Source of the DNA: Acetatifactor sp.
GTDB lineage: Bacteria > Bacillota > Clostridia > Lachnospirales > Lachnospiraceae
Assembly: GCA_045532445.1 (NCBI GenBank)
Contig: JAZSFW010000047.1
Coordinates: 1-47,251 of the forward strand
Direction of reading: 5' to 3'
DNA: 47,251 nucleotides
The notes beneath the pieces were generated by a model. The model was given only the letters and a program-made list of their open reading frames with translations, had not been told where the DNA came from and did no database searches. This document shows positions 8,340 to 19,222 of the stretch, piece by piece (the stretch's first letter is position 1; each line of letters starts with the position of its first letter). The position numbers were made by a program, and so were the translations under genes.

Positions 8340-10451
8340 TTATACCTCAAACAACAAATCCGCGTAAGTGGGGAAGGGCCAATACTCCTTGTCCACCAAT
8401 ACTTCCAGCTCATCAGCAGGTTTACGCAGTGCATTCATGGCTGATACCACGTCATCCTTGTAGAAGAATGCCTGTTCTTTTCCGCGATTCATTGCAGATG
8501 CCTTTTTCTCTGTCTGCAACAGTTCCTCCGCTGCCTTTTTCATCTCTGTCAGCTTGCCTGTCACATTGTTTAATAACTGGAGAGGGACAGTTGCATCCCC
8601 GCCTGCTTCCCGGATAGCCATAGCTGTATCCGCCAGTGATTTACTGAAACGCATCACAGCAGGTATGATCTGCTTGTTGGCCATGTCAACCATGGTCAGA
8701 GCCTCGATATTGATGGTTTTTGCATAGGTTTCATACAATATCTCAGCGCGGGAGAAAAGCTCTGCCTCTGTAAAGATTCCAAACTTCTCAAACAGCCGGA
8801 CAGCCTTGTCAGTGATCAGGGTCTCTACCGCTTCTACCATGGAAGGAATATTGGGAAGTCCTCTTCTTGCAGCCTCCTCCTGCCACTCTTTCGCATAGCC
8901 GTTGCCGTTGAAGATAATCCTCTGATGCTCAGTCATGTATTTTTTGATCAGTTCGTGGACAGCCAGATCAAAGTCCTCTGCCTGCTCCAGTATATCAGCC
9001 GCCTCACAAAAGCTTTCTGCCACAATGGCATTTAAGGTAGTGTTGGGACTTCCGATGGAATCCTCACTGCCCACCATACGGAATTCAAATTTATTACCGG
9101 TAAAGGCAAAAGGTGAGGTACGGTTGCGGTCTGTGGCATCCTTTACAAAATCAGGCAGGGTGGATACACCGGTTCTCAGCACACCCCCTTCTATTAAGGA
9201 ATCCGCTTTACCAGTCTCCACCAACTGCTTCACCACGTCCTCAAGCTGTTCTCCCAGAAAGATTGAGATAATCGCAGGAGGAGCCTCATAGCCACCCAGA
9301 CGGTGATCATTTCCCACGTTAGAGGCACTTTGTCTGAGCAAGTCTGCATGAATATCTACCGCTTTCATGATGCATGCAAGCACCAGCAGAAACTGTGTAT
9401 TTTCATTGGGCGTCTGCCCCGGTTCCAAAAGGTTCACACCGGTATCTGTGTTAATCGACCAGTTATCATGCTTACCGGAACCATTAACCCCCTGGAAAGG
9501 CTTCTCATGAAGCATACAGCGCAGACCATGCTTGCCTGCCACACGCTTTAAAGTCTCCATGATCAGCTGGTTATGATCTACTGCCACGTTAGCTGATTCA
9601 TAAATAGGCGCAATTTCATGCTGAGCAGGTGCCGCCTCGTTATGCTGGGTCTTACTTGTCACACCCAGCTCCCAAAGCTCGATATTTACATCATGCATAA
9701 AGCCGCCAATACGCTCTCTGATGACACCAAAGTAGTGATCATCCATCTCTTGGCCCTTAGGCGCAGGAGCACCGTACAGAGTCCTGCCTGAAAAGATAAT
9801 ATCCTCACGCTTCAATGCCTTCTTGGCATCTATCAGGAAGTACTCCTGCTCCGCTCCCACGCAAGGAGTTACCTTCTGCGCATCTGTATTGCCAAACAGT
9901 CGTAATATCCTAAGTGCCTGCTTATCCAGTGCTTCCATGGAACGCAGAAGCGGCGTCTTTTTATCAAGGGCTTCACCTGTATAGGAACAGAATGCAGTCG
10001 GGATACAGAGGGTCGGACCTGTGGCTGTCTCCTTGATAAATGCCGGAGAAGTAATGTCCCATGTGGTATAGCCTCTTGCCTCAAAAGTAGCGCGCAGACC
10101 GCCGGAGGGGAAAGAAGAAGCATCCGGTTCACCCTTGATCAGCTCTTTCCCGGAAAACTCCATGATCATATTGCCGTTTTCATCCGGGTGCGTCACAAAT
10201 GCATCATGCTTTTCTGCTGTGATACCAGTCAGTGGCTGGAACCAGTGAGTATAATGAGTGGCACCATTTTCCACCGCCCAATCTTTCATAGCCTTAGCCA
10301 CCACATCTGCTGTAGCAAGAGACAACTCTCCTCCCTGCTCTATGATCCTTACTACTTCTTTATAGATGCCCTTGGGCAATCTTTCTCTCATTCTGCCCAG
10401 GGTAAATACTTTACTGGCAAAAAGTTCTTCAACCTTTAAATTTTCGCTCAT
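8340..10451 (-). CDS. glnA: Glutamine synthetase type III
   Basis: [65 protein letters not shown]. Confidence 0.95.
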   Translation of the reverse strand: MSENLKVEELFASKVFTLGRMRERLPKGIYKEVVRIIEQGGELSLATADVVAKAMKDWAVENGATHYTHWFQPLTGITAEKHDAFVTHPDENGNMIMEFSGKELIKGEPDASSFPSGGLRATFEARGYTTWDITSPAFIKETATGPTLCIPTAFCSYTGEALDKKTPLLRSMEALDKQALRILRLFGNTDAQKVTPCVGAEQEYFLIDAKKALKREDIIFSGRTLYGAPAPKGQEMDDHYFGVIRERIGGFMHDVNIELWELGVTSKTQHNEAAPAQHEIAPIYESANVAVDHNQLIMETLKRVAGKHGLRCMLHEKPFQGVNGSGKHDNWSINTDTGVNLLEPGQTPNENTQFLLVLACIMKAVDIHADLLRQSASNVGNDHRLGGYEAPPAIISIFLGEQLEDVVKQLVETGKADSLIEGGVLRTGVSTLPDFVKDATDRNRTSPFAFTGNKFEFRMVGSEDSIGSPNTTLNAIVAESFCEAADILEQAEDFDLAVHELIKKYMTEHQRIIFNGNGYAKEWQEEAARRGLPNIPSMVEAVETLITDKAVRLFEKFGIFTEAELFSRAEILYETYAKTINIEALTMVDMANKQIIPAVMRFSKSLADTAMAIREAGGDATVPLQLLNNVTGKLTEMKKAAEELLQTEKKASAMNRGKEQAFFYKDDVVSAMNALRKPADELEVLVDKEYWPFPTYADLLFEV

Positions 10452-10486
10452 TCTACTACTTCCTTTCCTGACCTCTTCTCCCAAAA

Positions 10487-11731
10487 TTATTTTTGATTCT
10501 CCACCCTCAAAAGATCATATCTTTCCGGCATTTCTGAAAGTGCCAGCCAGATGACTTGCTTGGAGTGGGGACAACTTTCTACCGGTTCCCTGTCACCGTT
10601 GTACATAGCAAGCACTTTTACTTGCTGATTGGTTCCGTCGGGCTTCATGATCTCAATGGTATCTCCCACTGAGAACTTGTTTCGCTGCTCAATGCGGACC
10701 AGCTGACCGTCTACCTCTTCTACAATACCAAGGTAAATATATTCGTTTACATAAGTATTGTTATCATAAATCTGTGTATTTTCGTCAGTCTTTCCAAAAT
10801 AGAAGCCTGTAGTAAACTGACGGTAAGTACATTTGGCAATCTCTTCCCGATACCATGCCATATTGGCACGATAAGTTTCTTCTGAGGTAAAGAAATCATC
10901 AATCGCCTTGCGATAAGTCCGGGCTACGGTTGCCACATATAATGCCGTCTTCATACGCCCTTCAATTTTCAGACTGTCTATCCCTGCATCTGCCAATTCC
11001 GGAATATACTCAATCATACAAAGATCCTTGGAATTAAAGATATAAGTCCCTCGCTCATTTTCATAAACCGGCAAATATTCTCCCGGTCTTTTTTCCTCCA
11101 CTACGGCATACTTCCACCGGCAAGGATGGGTACATGCACCCTGATTGGCATCTCTTCCCGTAAAATAGTGGCTTAAGAGACACCGGCCGGAATAAGAAAT
11201 ACACATGGCACCGTGGACAAAACTTTCAATCTCCATCTCTTTGGGAATCCGTTCTCTGATTTCTTTCAACTCCGCCAATGAAAGTTCTCTGGCGGATACC
11301 ACCCTCTTAGCACCCTGCTGCCACCAGAATTGATAGGTCTGATAGTTGGTATTATTGGCCTGCGTGGATATGTGGACCTCCACTTCCGGCCAAACTTCCT
11401 TTGCGATCATAAACATCCCCGGATCCGATATGATCAGTGCATCCGGAGCAAACGGCTTCATATTTTTCAACTCTTCAAAGTATACTCTGGCTCCTTCCAG
11501 ATCATCATTATGGGCCAGAATATTGGCTGTTACATACACCTTCACGCCTCGCTCATGGGCAAAGGCAATTCCCTGAGCCATTTCCTCTGAGGTAAAATTC
11601 TTCGCTTTGGCACGAAGGCCGAAGGCCTCCCCGCCGATATATACTGCATCAGCACCAAAAATCACTGCTGTCTTCAATACTTCCAGACTGCTTGCCGGGA
11701 TCAAAAGCTCCGGCTTTCTGCGATCACTCAT
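10487..11731 (-). CDS. Peptidase U32 family protein (TrhP-like tRNA hydroxylation protein)
   Basis: [47 protein letters not shown]; adjacent to an O-methyltransferase. Confidence 0.9.
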   Translation of the reverse strand: MSDRRKPELLIPASSLEVLKTAVIFGADAVYIGGEAFGLRAKAKNFTSEEMAQGIAFAHERGVKVYVTANILAHNDDLEGARVYFEELKNMKPFAPDALIISDPGMFMIAKEVWPEVEVHISTQANNTNYQTYQFWWQQGAKRVVSARELSLAELKEIRERIPKEMEIESFVHGAMCISYSGRCLLSHYFTGRDANQGACTHPCRWKYAVVEEKRPGEYLPVYENERGTYIFNSKDLCMIEYIPELADAGIDSLKIEGRMKTALYVATVARTYRKAIDDFFTSEETYRANMAWYREEIAKCTYRQFTTGFYFGKTDENTQIYDNNTYVNEYIYLGIVEEVDGQLVRIEQRNKFSVGDTIEIMKPDGTNQQVKVLAMYNGDREPVESCPHSKQVIWLALSEMPERYDLLRVENQK

Positions 11732-12437
11732 TGTGATCCTCCTTTCCAAAAAACGGACTGCCACTTATCTCGGGCGCAGCATTTGTTCCGTCTCGTTCCA
11801 CCTTCACACTCAGCGTAGCCCCATCTCCTACCGGAAGAATGCATGTTTCCAGCAAGGGATGATGTGTCAGTTCGTACAAATATTCCCGCATTCTGGCGTG
11901 AATGGTTCGATTCCTTCTGGTCACTGCAAAACGCGATTCAATAATGTCACCATCCTGCAGCACATTATCACTGACAAGCAGCCCACCTGGACGGAGCAGG
12001 CGCAGAATATCCGGAAGAAAATGCAGATACTGCCCCTTGGCAGCATCCATAAAGATCAGATCGAAACTGCCCTCTAAACCTTTCAGCACCTCGGCAGCAT
12101 CCCCCTCCAGAAGAGTGATCTTGTCCGCCTTCCCGGCTTTTGCAAAATTCTCCCTCGCCAGGGGTATTCTTTTTTCATATTTTTCAATTGTAGTGATATG
12201 ACAATCTTGTGGAGCATACTCGCTCATGAGGAGAGCCGAAAAGCCAATGGCTGTACCAACTTCCAGTATATTGCCCGGTCTCAAAAAAGCCAGAAGGAAC
12301 TTCAGTAAGCCTTGCATCTGCGTACGAATGATAGGCACATCGGTCTCTCTGGCATATCGCTCCAGCTCATTCAAATAAGGAGGATTGCCCCTATCAAAGG
12401 AATTAATAAAGGCAACCATTCTTTCGTCCATGATCAT
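11724..12437 (-). CDS. trmR: O-methyltransferase (TrmR/YrrM-like)
   Basis: ILEVGTAIGFS, FDLIFMDAAKGQY, DNVL; mltG-yrrM-U32 synteny. Confidence 0.85.
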   Translation of the reverse strand: MIMDERMVAFINSFDRGNPPYLNELERYARETDVPIIRTQMQGLLKFLLAFLRPGNILEVGTAIGFSALLMSEYAPQDCHITTIEKYEKRIPLARENFAKAGKADKITLLEGDAAEVLKGLEGSFDLIFMDAAKGQYLHFLPDILRLLRPGGLLVSDNVLQDGDIIESRFAVTRRNRTIHARMREYLYELTHHPLLETCILPVGDGATLSVKVERDGTNAAPEISGSPFFGKEDHNE

Positions 12438-12823
12438 TTGGATTCACTTTCCTCCTCTTCGGTGTGCGTGGCCATGATCTCCATCATCTCTTCCACAGTC
12501 ATAGAAGTGCTGAACACATAGGTCCCCGGTTTCACTTTCTCACGAAACTCAGAAAGATAATACTGCGCCATAAACAACGTGGTATCCTTAATCAGACCCT
12601 TTTCCAAAAACATTTCTCCCATCTGCTTCGGCGTCATATCTTCTGATACTTTGACTTCAACCGCACGCCCCTCGCCCAATGCCATGGGCTGCTGTTTAAA
12701 CACACGATAACCAAATTCGTATCCTGCCATAGATCCCCTAAAGATAACAGCAACCACAACCATAGCAAAGACAATTTTTAATATTGTGCCAAAAATCGCA
12801 CTCACAATATTATTGGTTTTCAT
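12434..12823 (-). CDS. Short MltG/YceG-like membrane protein (N-terminal domain only)
   Basis: One TM segment, then KGLIKD..F..VKPGTYVFSTSMTVEEMM; occupies the mltG position. Confidence 0.7.
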   Translation of the reverse strand: MKTNNIVSAIFGTILKIVFAMVVVAVIFRGSMAGYEFGYRVFKQQPMALGEGRAVEVKVSEDMTPKQMGEMFLEKGLIKDTTLFMAQYYLSEFREKVKPGTYVFSTSMTVEEMMEIMATHTEEEESESK

Positions 12824-12845
12824 CCTACCTCATCCTTCCCAAATA

Positions 12846-13166
12846 TCACTCAAAATCCAAACTTTCCGTGATCCTTAAGCTCACTTCCTGCATCATTCTG
12901 CAAAATGCCAGCTCTGCCGTCAGAAAATCCGCTGCCAACGGCTCCTCCCACAGCCCTGCATACTCCTTCTCGAATTCCTCAACCTTCTCAAACTCAATAT
13001 TCTCATCATTCTGCAGCTCATAATTGCGCCGCCTGTATTCATCGATCAACGCCTTCAACTCCGGAAACTCTTTCACCTTTTCCTTCGCCCTCGTATACTC
13101 CAAATACTCCTCCGACTCCTTGATCGCCCCTATCAATCCCACCAAAGCCTCTTCCATATTCTTCAT
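12846..13166 (-). CDS. YlbF/YmcA family regulator
   Basis: AIKESEEYLEY..FLTAELAFCRMMQEV helical pattern. Confidence 0.8.
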   Translation of the reverse strand: MKNMEEALVGLIGAIKESEEYLEYTRAKEKVKEFPELKALIDEYRRRNYELQNDENIEFEKVEEFEKEYAGLWEEPLAADFLTAELAFCRMMQEVSLRITESLDFE

Positions 13167-13251
13167 ATTCTACCCCCACTCCAAATATTTTTCAAGCCCA
13201 TTCCTATTCAAACCCACAAAATCATATGATTATAGCTGTTGACCAGTAACA

Positions 13252-13420
13252 GCCGTGGGCAGAGGGGAGAGCAGTTGTTCGTACAAAAGGCCCTTGAAAA
13301 ACGTCGGCGCTTAGCGAGGTCAGGCGCAGGAACTGCGCCTCGAGCTTAGCGTCCGCTACGTTTTTCACGGAGCGAGAGCGTGCCGTTGTACGAACAACTG
13401 CTCTCCCCCCTGCCCGCGGC
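13252..13420. repeat. 169-bp imperfect palindrome downstream of rnj
   Basis: gccgtgggcagaggggagagcagttgttcgtacaa / ttgtacgaacaactgctctcccccctgcccgcggc; inner stems gaaaaacgt/acgtttttc and aggcgcag-gaa-ctgcgcct. Confidence 0.92.
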
Positions 13421-13436
13421 GTCACTCGCCAACACC

Positions 13437-15110
13437 CTATACCTCCATGATTATAGGCAGTATCATAGGTCGGCGTTTCGTCTTTTTCCAGATAAAGTCG
13501 CTGAGCGCATCCTTGGTAGTGGTTTTCAGCTTACCCCAATCTGTAATCCCTTTGTCCAGGCAAGACTGGACAGCCACATCCACCACATAACGAGCTTCGT
13601 CCATTAATTCATCAGACTCTCTCACATAAACAAAACCTCTGGACACAATGTCAGGTCCTGCCAAAAGCTCTCCGGTAGCGCGTTCAAGGCTCATTACCAC
13701 GATTACGATACCATCTTCTGCCAGATGCTGCCTGTCCCGAAGCACCACATTACCTACATCACCCACGCCCAGTCCGTCTACCAAAATAGACCCTACAGGC
13801 ACTCTGCCAGTCACTTCTGCACTTTGTTCGTCCAACTCCAGCACTTCACCGGAAGACAATAGAAAGATATTTTCTTTGTCAATTCCCAAACTGTTAGCAA
13901 TCTTTGCCTGCGCCTTTAAGTGCTTATACTCACCATGCACAGGAATTGCATATTTGGGATGCACCAGCGTGTAAATGAGCTTGATCTCCTCCTGGCAGGC
14001 GTGGCCTGATACGTGTGCGTCCTGAAAGATGACATCCGCTCCCTTGCGCAGTAATTCATTAATGATCTTGGTGACAGGCTTCTCATTGCCCGGAATGGGG
14101 CTGGAGGAGAAAATAACCGTGTCCCCTGCTCCTATGGTGATCTTTCGGTGCATATTATTGGCCATGCGGCTCAAGGCTGCCATGCTTTCCCCCTGGCTTC
14201 CCGTGGTAATGATCACCTGCTGATCAGGCGGGTAATTCTTCAACTGATCCAGATCCACCAGGGTATTCTCCGGCACACTGATACACTCCAGATTCATAGC
14301 CGTCTCCAGGATATTTACCATGCTGCGACCTTCCACTGCCACCTTACGCCCAAATTTGTATGCTGTATTAATGATCTGCTGCACCCTGTCCACATTGGAA
14401 GCAAAGGTTGCCACAAAAATCCTCGTATTTTTATGCTCTGTAAACAAACTGTCAAAGGTCTTACCGACAGTTTTCTCAGACTGGGTAAATCCCGGTCTCT
14501 CCGCATTCGTAGAGTCACACATAAGTGCCAGAACACCCTTTTTGCCAAGCTCTGCAAAACGCTGCAGATCAATGGCATCACCGTAAACCGGTGTGTAATC
14601 CACTTTAAAATCTCCCGTGTGCACCACCACACCCGCAGGAGAGGTAATCGCCAAAGCTGCCGCATCCACAATACTGTGATTGGTTTTGATATATTCCACC
14701 TTAAACTGACCCAAAGTCACAGTCTGTCCGAACCTCATCACCTTTCGCTTGGTGGTATCAAGCAGATTGTGTTCTTTTAATTTATTTTCAATAATGCCCA
14801 TGGTAAGCCTGGTAGCATACACAGGAACATTGATCTGACGCAGTATATAGGGAAGGGCTCCAATGTGATCCTCATGACCATGGGTAATCACAAATGCCCT
14901 TACTTTATCGATATTTGTTTCCAAATAAGTGACGTCCGGAATCACAAGGTCTATTCCCAGCATATCATCGGCAGGAAAAGACAAACCACAGTCCACCACA
15001 ATAATACTGTCCTCATATTCGAAGGCAGTAATGTTCATTCCAATGTGTTCCAATCCGCCCAATGGAATAATCTTCAGCTTGGAATCACTGTTATATTCTT
15101 TTTTCTTCAA
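13437..15110 (-). CDS. rnj: Ribonuclease J
   Basis: PLGGLEHIGMN, THGHEDHIG, HTGDFK, HVSGHA, PVHGEY, RRPMILPIIMEV; TTG start after GGAGG. Confidence 0.96.
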   Translation of the reverse strand: MKKKEYNSDSKLKIIPLGGLEHIGMNITAFEYEDSIIVVDCGLSFPADDMLGIDLVIPDVTYLETNIDKVRAFVITHGHEDHIGALPYILRQINVPVYATRLTMGIIENKLKEHNLLDTTKRKVMRFGQTVTLGQFKVEYIKTNHSIVDAAALAITSPAGVVVHTGDFKVDYTPVYGDAIDLQRFAELGKKGVLALMCDSTNAERPGFTQSEKTVGKTFDSLFTEHKNTRIFVATFASNVDRVQQIINTAYKFGRKVAVEGRSMVNILETAMNLECISVPENTLVDLDQLKNYPPDQQVIITTGSQGESMAALSRMANNMHRKITIGAGDTVIFSSSPIPGNEKPVTKIINELLRKGADVIFQDAHVSGHACQEEIKLIYTLVHPKYAIPVHGEYKHLKAQAKIANSLGIDKENIFLLSSGEVLELDEQSAEVTGRVPVGSILVDGLGVGDVGNVVLRDRQHLAEDGIVIVVMSLERATGELLAGPDIVSRGFVYVRESDELMDEARYVVDVAVQSCLDKGITDWGKLKTTTKDALSDFIWKKTKRRPMILPIIMEV

Positions 15111-15126
15111 TCAAATTACCTCCACG

Positions 15127-15384
15127 CTATACCAGATCAACATCCTCCAGCATGTTCTCAAACACACCGGCAACCGCTTCCAATTCCTCATCGTCAGACA
15201 CGATGGCAAACACACTCTCTTCCTCGCCATCCTGTGACATGTCCTTCAGGATCAGAGCTTCTCCATCTCCTTCTTCACAGTCCGTAACCAGAATATAGTT
15301 AAATCCACCAATCCTGGTCTGTTCCAACACATAAAATGCAACCGGCTCTTCTCCATCCGGCCTAAACATTATCTTCTCCAACAC
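15127..15384 (-). CDS. DUF1292 domain protein
   Basis: Acidic 85-aa protein following ruvX, a conserved synteny. Confidence 0.8.
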   Translation of the reverse strand: MLEKIMFRPDGEEPVAFYVLEQTRIGGFNYILVTDCEEGDGEALILKDMSQDGEEESVFAIVSDDEELEAVAGVFENMLEDVDLV

Positions 15385-15817
15385 TATCTTCCTTTCTCAT
15401 GTTCCGTCTGTCCAGATATCCCTGCAAGATCAAAGATGCAGCGATCCTGTCCACATGCTCCTTGCGATGCTCTCTGCGAATGCCTGCTTCCATCATGATC
15501 TTGTCTGCAGCCACCGTAGTCAGCCTCTCGTCCCAGAAGATCACGGGCAGACCCGTTCTTCTTTCCAGCTTCTCTTTAAATTCCTGCGTCAATTCCACAC
15601 GGACACCTTCCGTTGCATTCATATGCTTCGGCAGTCCCAGTACAATCTCCTGCACTTCATACTCCACGATCAGTTCTTCAATTCTTGCAAGCGTCTGACG
15701 CAGCTTATTCTCCTCCTTACGGCGGATGATCTCTATTCCCTGGGCAGTAAGAAGCAAGGCATCGCTGATCGCCACCCCTACTGTCTTAGACCCAAAATCC
15801 AAGCCCATGATACGCAT
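15362..15817 (-). CDS. ruvX: RuvX/YqgF pre-16S rRNA nuclease
   Basis: [45 protein letters not shown]. Confidence 0.95.
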   Translation of the reverse strand: MRIMGLDFGSKTVGVAISDALLLTAQGIEIIRRKEENKLRQTLARIEELIVEYEVQEIVLGLPKHMNATEGVRVELTQEFKEKLERRTGLPVIFWDERLTTVAADKIMMEAGIRREHRKEHVDRIAASLILQGYLDRRNMRKEDSVGEDNV

Positions 15818-15888
15818 GGATTGCCTCCTATATCCGCAGCCCATGGGCCGCACTTGTATTTTCACGGTTTAGGGTATCTGCTTTCAGC

Positions 15889-16152
15889 CTACACCCAATG
15901 ATTCTTCTCGATGTATTCCGTCAGAAGCTCCTCTACCAGTTCATCACGCTCTACCTTCATAATCAGACTTCTGGCGCCTTTATGGCTGGTGATATAAGTA
16001 GGATCACCGCTCATAATATAGCCCACGATCTGGTTCACCGGGTTGTATCCCTTCTCTGTCAATGCTTCGTATACAGCAGACAGTACCCGCTTTGCGAATT
16101 TCTCAGGCTCTGCCTCCACTTTGAAGAATTGTGTGTTTTCCAAATTTTGCAT
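15889..16152 (-). CDS. IreB/ReoM family regulatory phosphoprotein (DUF965)
   Basis: [25 protein letters not shown]. Confidence 0.93.
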   Translation of the reverse strand: MQNLENTQFFKVEAEPEKFAKRVLSAVYEALTEKGYNPVNQIVGYIMSGDPTYITSHKGARSLIMKVERDELVEELLTEYIEKNHWV

Positions 16153-16228
16153 AGTTTCCTCACATCTTTCTGTATGGGTAAACGATTCGTCTCATATACA
16201 TTTATCTTACCTTATCTTGAAAAAAATT

Positions 16229-17638
16229 TCAATCGAAACTATTGCTTTTCAGGATATCATCTGTCAAAAATTCTATGATCCGAACCTCTTTCAGGGAATT
16301 TGCCAGATTCTCCTCAGCCTGTAAAGCTACTTTGACATAATCAGCCGTGTGCCCTATCCAGAAAAGTTCTCCACCAATTTCTTTCGTCTCTTCAAACAGT
16401 ACCTCTGTCTTTTCCCCTATGTAGCGGCTCCTGAAATTCTTTGACTGTTCTTTCTCAAGAGCAAGCAGCCTATTGCTGCGAAGTGCCTTCATCTGATCCG
16501 GTATCTGATCCTTCATTACTGCGGCCCTAGTCCCCTGACGCTTAGAGTACTTGAAAATGTGCATCTCATAGAAGCCTACTTTTTCAAGAAAAGCAACGGT
16601 CTCTTCAAATTCCCTTTCCGTCTCTCCCGGAAATCCCACGATTACATCTGTAGTGATTGCCGGATGATCATAGACGTCACGCAGATTCTTTACACTCTCA
16701 TAGTATTCCCCGGCAGTATAATGTCTATTCATTCGCGCCAAAGTTTCATTGCAGCCACTCTGCAGAGACAAATGGAAATGCGGGCATACTTTCTTAAGCC
16801 TTGCAAGCCTTGCGGCATTTTGAGCAGTGACAACCCGCGGTTCCAAAGAACCAAGACGAATCCGGCGCAGACCTTCTATCTCATGGATCTGCTCAACCAG
16901 ATCGATCAGCTTGCTTTTGCCGCGATAATCATGCCTGCCTTCTTCTTTGATCGCCTCCACACTTTGTCCCCGCTGCCAGGCCTCGTCCTGAAAATCTATG
17001 CCGTAAGAGCTGATATGGATTCCCGTCAGCACTACTTCCTGATAACCTGCCTCCACAATACCTCGGATTTCACGTAAAATGTCTTCAGCCTTCCTGCTGC
17101 GCACCCTGCCTCTCGCATAAGGGATGATACAATAGGAGCAAAACTGGTTGCAGCCATCCTGAATTTTAATATAGGCCCTGGTGTGCTCCGCCGTCTGTTT
17201 CAGCGTCATTTCCTCATAATCGCAGGTATTGTTGATATCAATGATGGTTCTGTTATGAAGAGTCTTCTCCTGTCCATCCAAATGCGCTGCCCGCTCTGTT
17301 AAAAATTCCTCCAAAATGGGGATCAGATCCTTCTTCCGGTTATTTCCAATGGCAAGATCGATACTTTCATCCTGCAAAGCTTTCTCGCCGCCGGTCTGAA
17401 CATAACAGCCCACAGCCACAACAATTGCGCTCGGATTCATGGTTTTGGCTCGATGGAGCATTTGTCTGCTCTTTCTGTCAGCAATATTTGTAACCGTACA
17501 AGTATTTACAATATATACATCAGCCACCTCATCAAAAGGTACGATTTTGTAACCATTTTCCTGGAGCATTTGCTGCATTACGTCAAATTCATAAGAATTC
17601 ACTTTACAGCCCAGGTTGTGTAATGCTATTTTTTTCAT
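16229..17638 (-). CDS. mtaB: tRNA ms2t6A methylthiotransferase
   Basis: LGCKVNSYE, NTCTVT, CNQFCSYC radical-SAM motif, HLSLQSG. Confidence 0.93.
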   Translation of the reverse strand: MKKIALHNLGCKVNSYEFDVMQQMLQENGYKIVPFDEVADVYIVNTCTVTNIADRKSRQMLHRAKTMNPSAIVVAVGCYVQTGGEKALQDESIDLAIGNNRKKDLIPILEEFLTERAAHLDGQEKTLHNRTIIDINNTCDYEEMTLKQTAEHTRAYIKIQDGCNQFCSYCIIPYARGRVRSRKAEDILREIRGIVEAGYQEVVLTGIHISSYGIDFQDEAWQRGQSVEAIKEEGRHDYRGKSKLIDLVEQIHEIEGLRRIRLGSLEPRVVTAQNAARLARLKKVCPHFHLSLQSGCNETLARMNRHYTAGEYYESVKNLRDVYDHPAITTDVIVGFPGETEREFEETVAFLEKVGFYEMHIFKYSKRQGTRAAVMKDQIPDQMKALRSNRLLALEKEQSKNFRSRYIGEKTEVLFEETKEIGGELFWIGHTADYVKVALQAEENLANSLKEVRIIEFLTDDILKSNSFD

Positions 17639-17742
17639 ATTGAAACTCCGCTTATTTTTGTGTCCTTTTTTCATTGACTTTTCTCTGCTTATACTTTAAT
17701 ATGTTATCAAAGAGTGTGATCACATATTTAGGAGGTAAAACA

Positions 17743-17973
17743 ATGAAGACAGTTCAGATATCTTTAAACTCTATTGACAAGGTTAAATCCTTCGTTAACG
17801 ATATTACAAAATTTGATTATGATTTTGATCTGGTATCCGGCAGATACGTAATTGATGCCAAGTCCATCATGGGCATTTTCTCACTGGATCTTTCCAAACC
17901 CATCGATCTGAATATCCATGCTGATGATAACGCTGAAGAAGTATTGGAAGTTCTTAAGCCTTATATGATTTAA
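17743..17973 (+). CDS. HPr-family protein lacking His15
   Basis: IDAKSIMGIFSLD motif (Ser46-equivalent); no GLHARP motif; RBS AGGAGG. Confidence 0.88.
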   Translation: MKTVQISLNSIDKVKSFVNDITKFDYDFDLVSGRYVIDAKSIMGIFSLDLSKPIDLNIHADDNAEEVLEVLKPYMI

Positions 17974-17986
17974 TGCAAACAACTAC

Positions 17987-18020
17987 AAACGCCTTAGGAT
18001 TGCCTGAGGCGTTTTTGTTT
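17987..18020 (+). terminator. Rho-independent terminator (possibly bidirectional)
   Basis: aaacgccttagg-attg-cctgaggcgttt followed by a T-rich tail, between convergent genes. Confidence 0.8.
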
Positions 18021-18033
18021 TGCAGTTATTCTG

Positions 18034-19212
18034 TTATTCTACAACAATCACTTCATCAGTCTCCAAAGCGACCTGTACAAGCTGATCTATCTGCTCATTC
18101 AACTTTTCCTCGTGACGGCGGATCACATTTAAGTTAGGCTTTGTCACAGGATGCTTGGCCACAAAAATGGTGCAGCAATCCTCGAAAGGCTGAATAGAAG
18201 TCTCGTAAGTACCAATTTTCTCAGATACTTCTACAATCTCCTGTTTATCAAAGCCAATCAAAGGACGATATACCGGAAGCTCACAGACTTCATTGGTCGC
18301 CACCAAAGACGCCATGGTCTGGGAAGCCACCTGACCAATACTCTCACCTGTGATCAGCCCCAAGCAATCATTCTCTTTTGCAATGTGCTCAGCAATACGC
18401 ATCATATAACGGCGCATAATGATGGTCAACTCCTCATGCGGGCATTTCTCATAGATATAAAGCTGAATATCCGTGAAATTGATCACATGAAGATGGATGG
18501 GACCGGTGTAGCGGGACACCAGGCGGGCCAGATCCACCACCTTCTGTTTAGCACGCTCGCTGGTATATGGCGGAGCATGAAAATAAACGGCATCAATTTT
18601 CACACCACGCTTGGAGATCATATAACCGGCTACGGGAGAGTCAATGCCGCCGGATAACAGTAGCATTGCCTTTCCGCCGGTTCCTACCGGCATACCTCCC
18701 GGACCCGGAATAATTTTGGAATAAATATAGATTTTTTCACGGATCTCCACATTCAACAGGATATCCGGATTGTGGACATCTACCTTCATCTCCGGGTAAG
18801 CCTTCAAAATTGCCTCACCCATATCCATGTTGATCGTCATAGAATCCTTGGGGTAGTTCTTGCGCGCACGTCTGGCCGCCACTTTAAATGTTTTGTTGCG
18901 GTCAGGGTATACGTCTGCCAGGTATTGGATCACCGTATCACACAATTTCTCAAATCCTTCATCCTCCACATGGACCACCGGACAGATACCGGAGATACCA
19001 AACACAGTTTTCAATTGTGTCACAACCTCATCAAAATCAAATTCACTCTGGGCATCCACATAGATGCGCCCCTGGGTTTTGGAGATCAAAAACTGCCCAT
19101 CACACTTTTTCAATGCAAATTTAATCTGTTGAACCAGTGCATCTTCAAATAAATATCTATTTCTTCCCTTTATACCAATCTCGGCATACTTAATCAAAAA
19201 AGCTGTAAACAT
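18034..19212 (-). CDS. thiI: tRNA 4-thiouridine synthase
   Basis: THUMP domain, LLSGGIDSPVA PP-loop, GESIGQVASQT, EDCC. Confidence 0.96.
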   Translation of the reverse strand: MFTAFLIKYAEIGIKGRNRYLFEDALVQQIKFALKKCDGQFLISKTQGRIYVDAQSEFDFDEVVTQLKTVFGISGICPVVHVEDEGFEKLCDTVIQYLADVYPDRNKTFKVAARRARKNYPKDSMTINMDMGEAILKAYPEMKVDVHNPDILLNVEIREKIYIYSKIIPGPGGMPVGTGGKAMLLLSGGIDSPVAGYMISKRGVKIDAVYFHAPPYTSERAKQKVVDLARLVSRYTGPIHLHVINFTDIQLYIYEKCPHEELTIIMRRYMMRIAEHIAKENDCLGLITGESIGQVASQTMASLVATNEVCELPVYRPLIGFDKQEIVEVSEKIGTYETSIQPFEDCCTIFVAKHPVTKPNLNVIRRHEEKLNEQIDQLVQVALETDEVIVVE

Positions 19213-19222
19213 ATTTTTCCTC

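Noticed and set aside
12830-13220. Strongly pyrimidine-rich + strand
   Set aside because: Explained by Glu/Lys-rich codons of the YlbF gene on the - strand
13222-13425. 67-aa ORF on the - strand
   Set aside because: Mostly overlaps the palindrome and has no protein-family features; likely spurious
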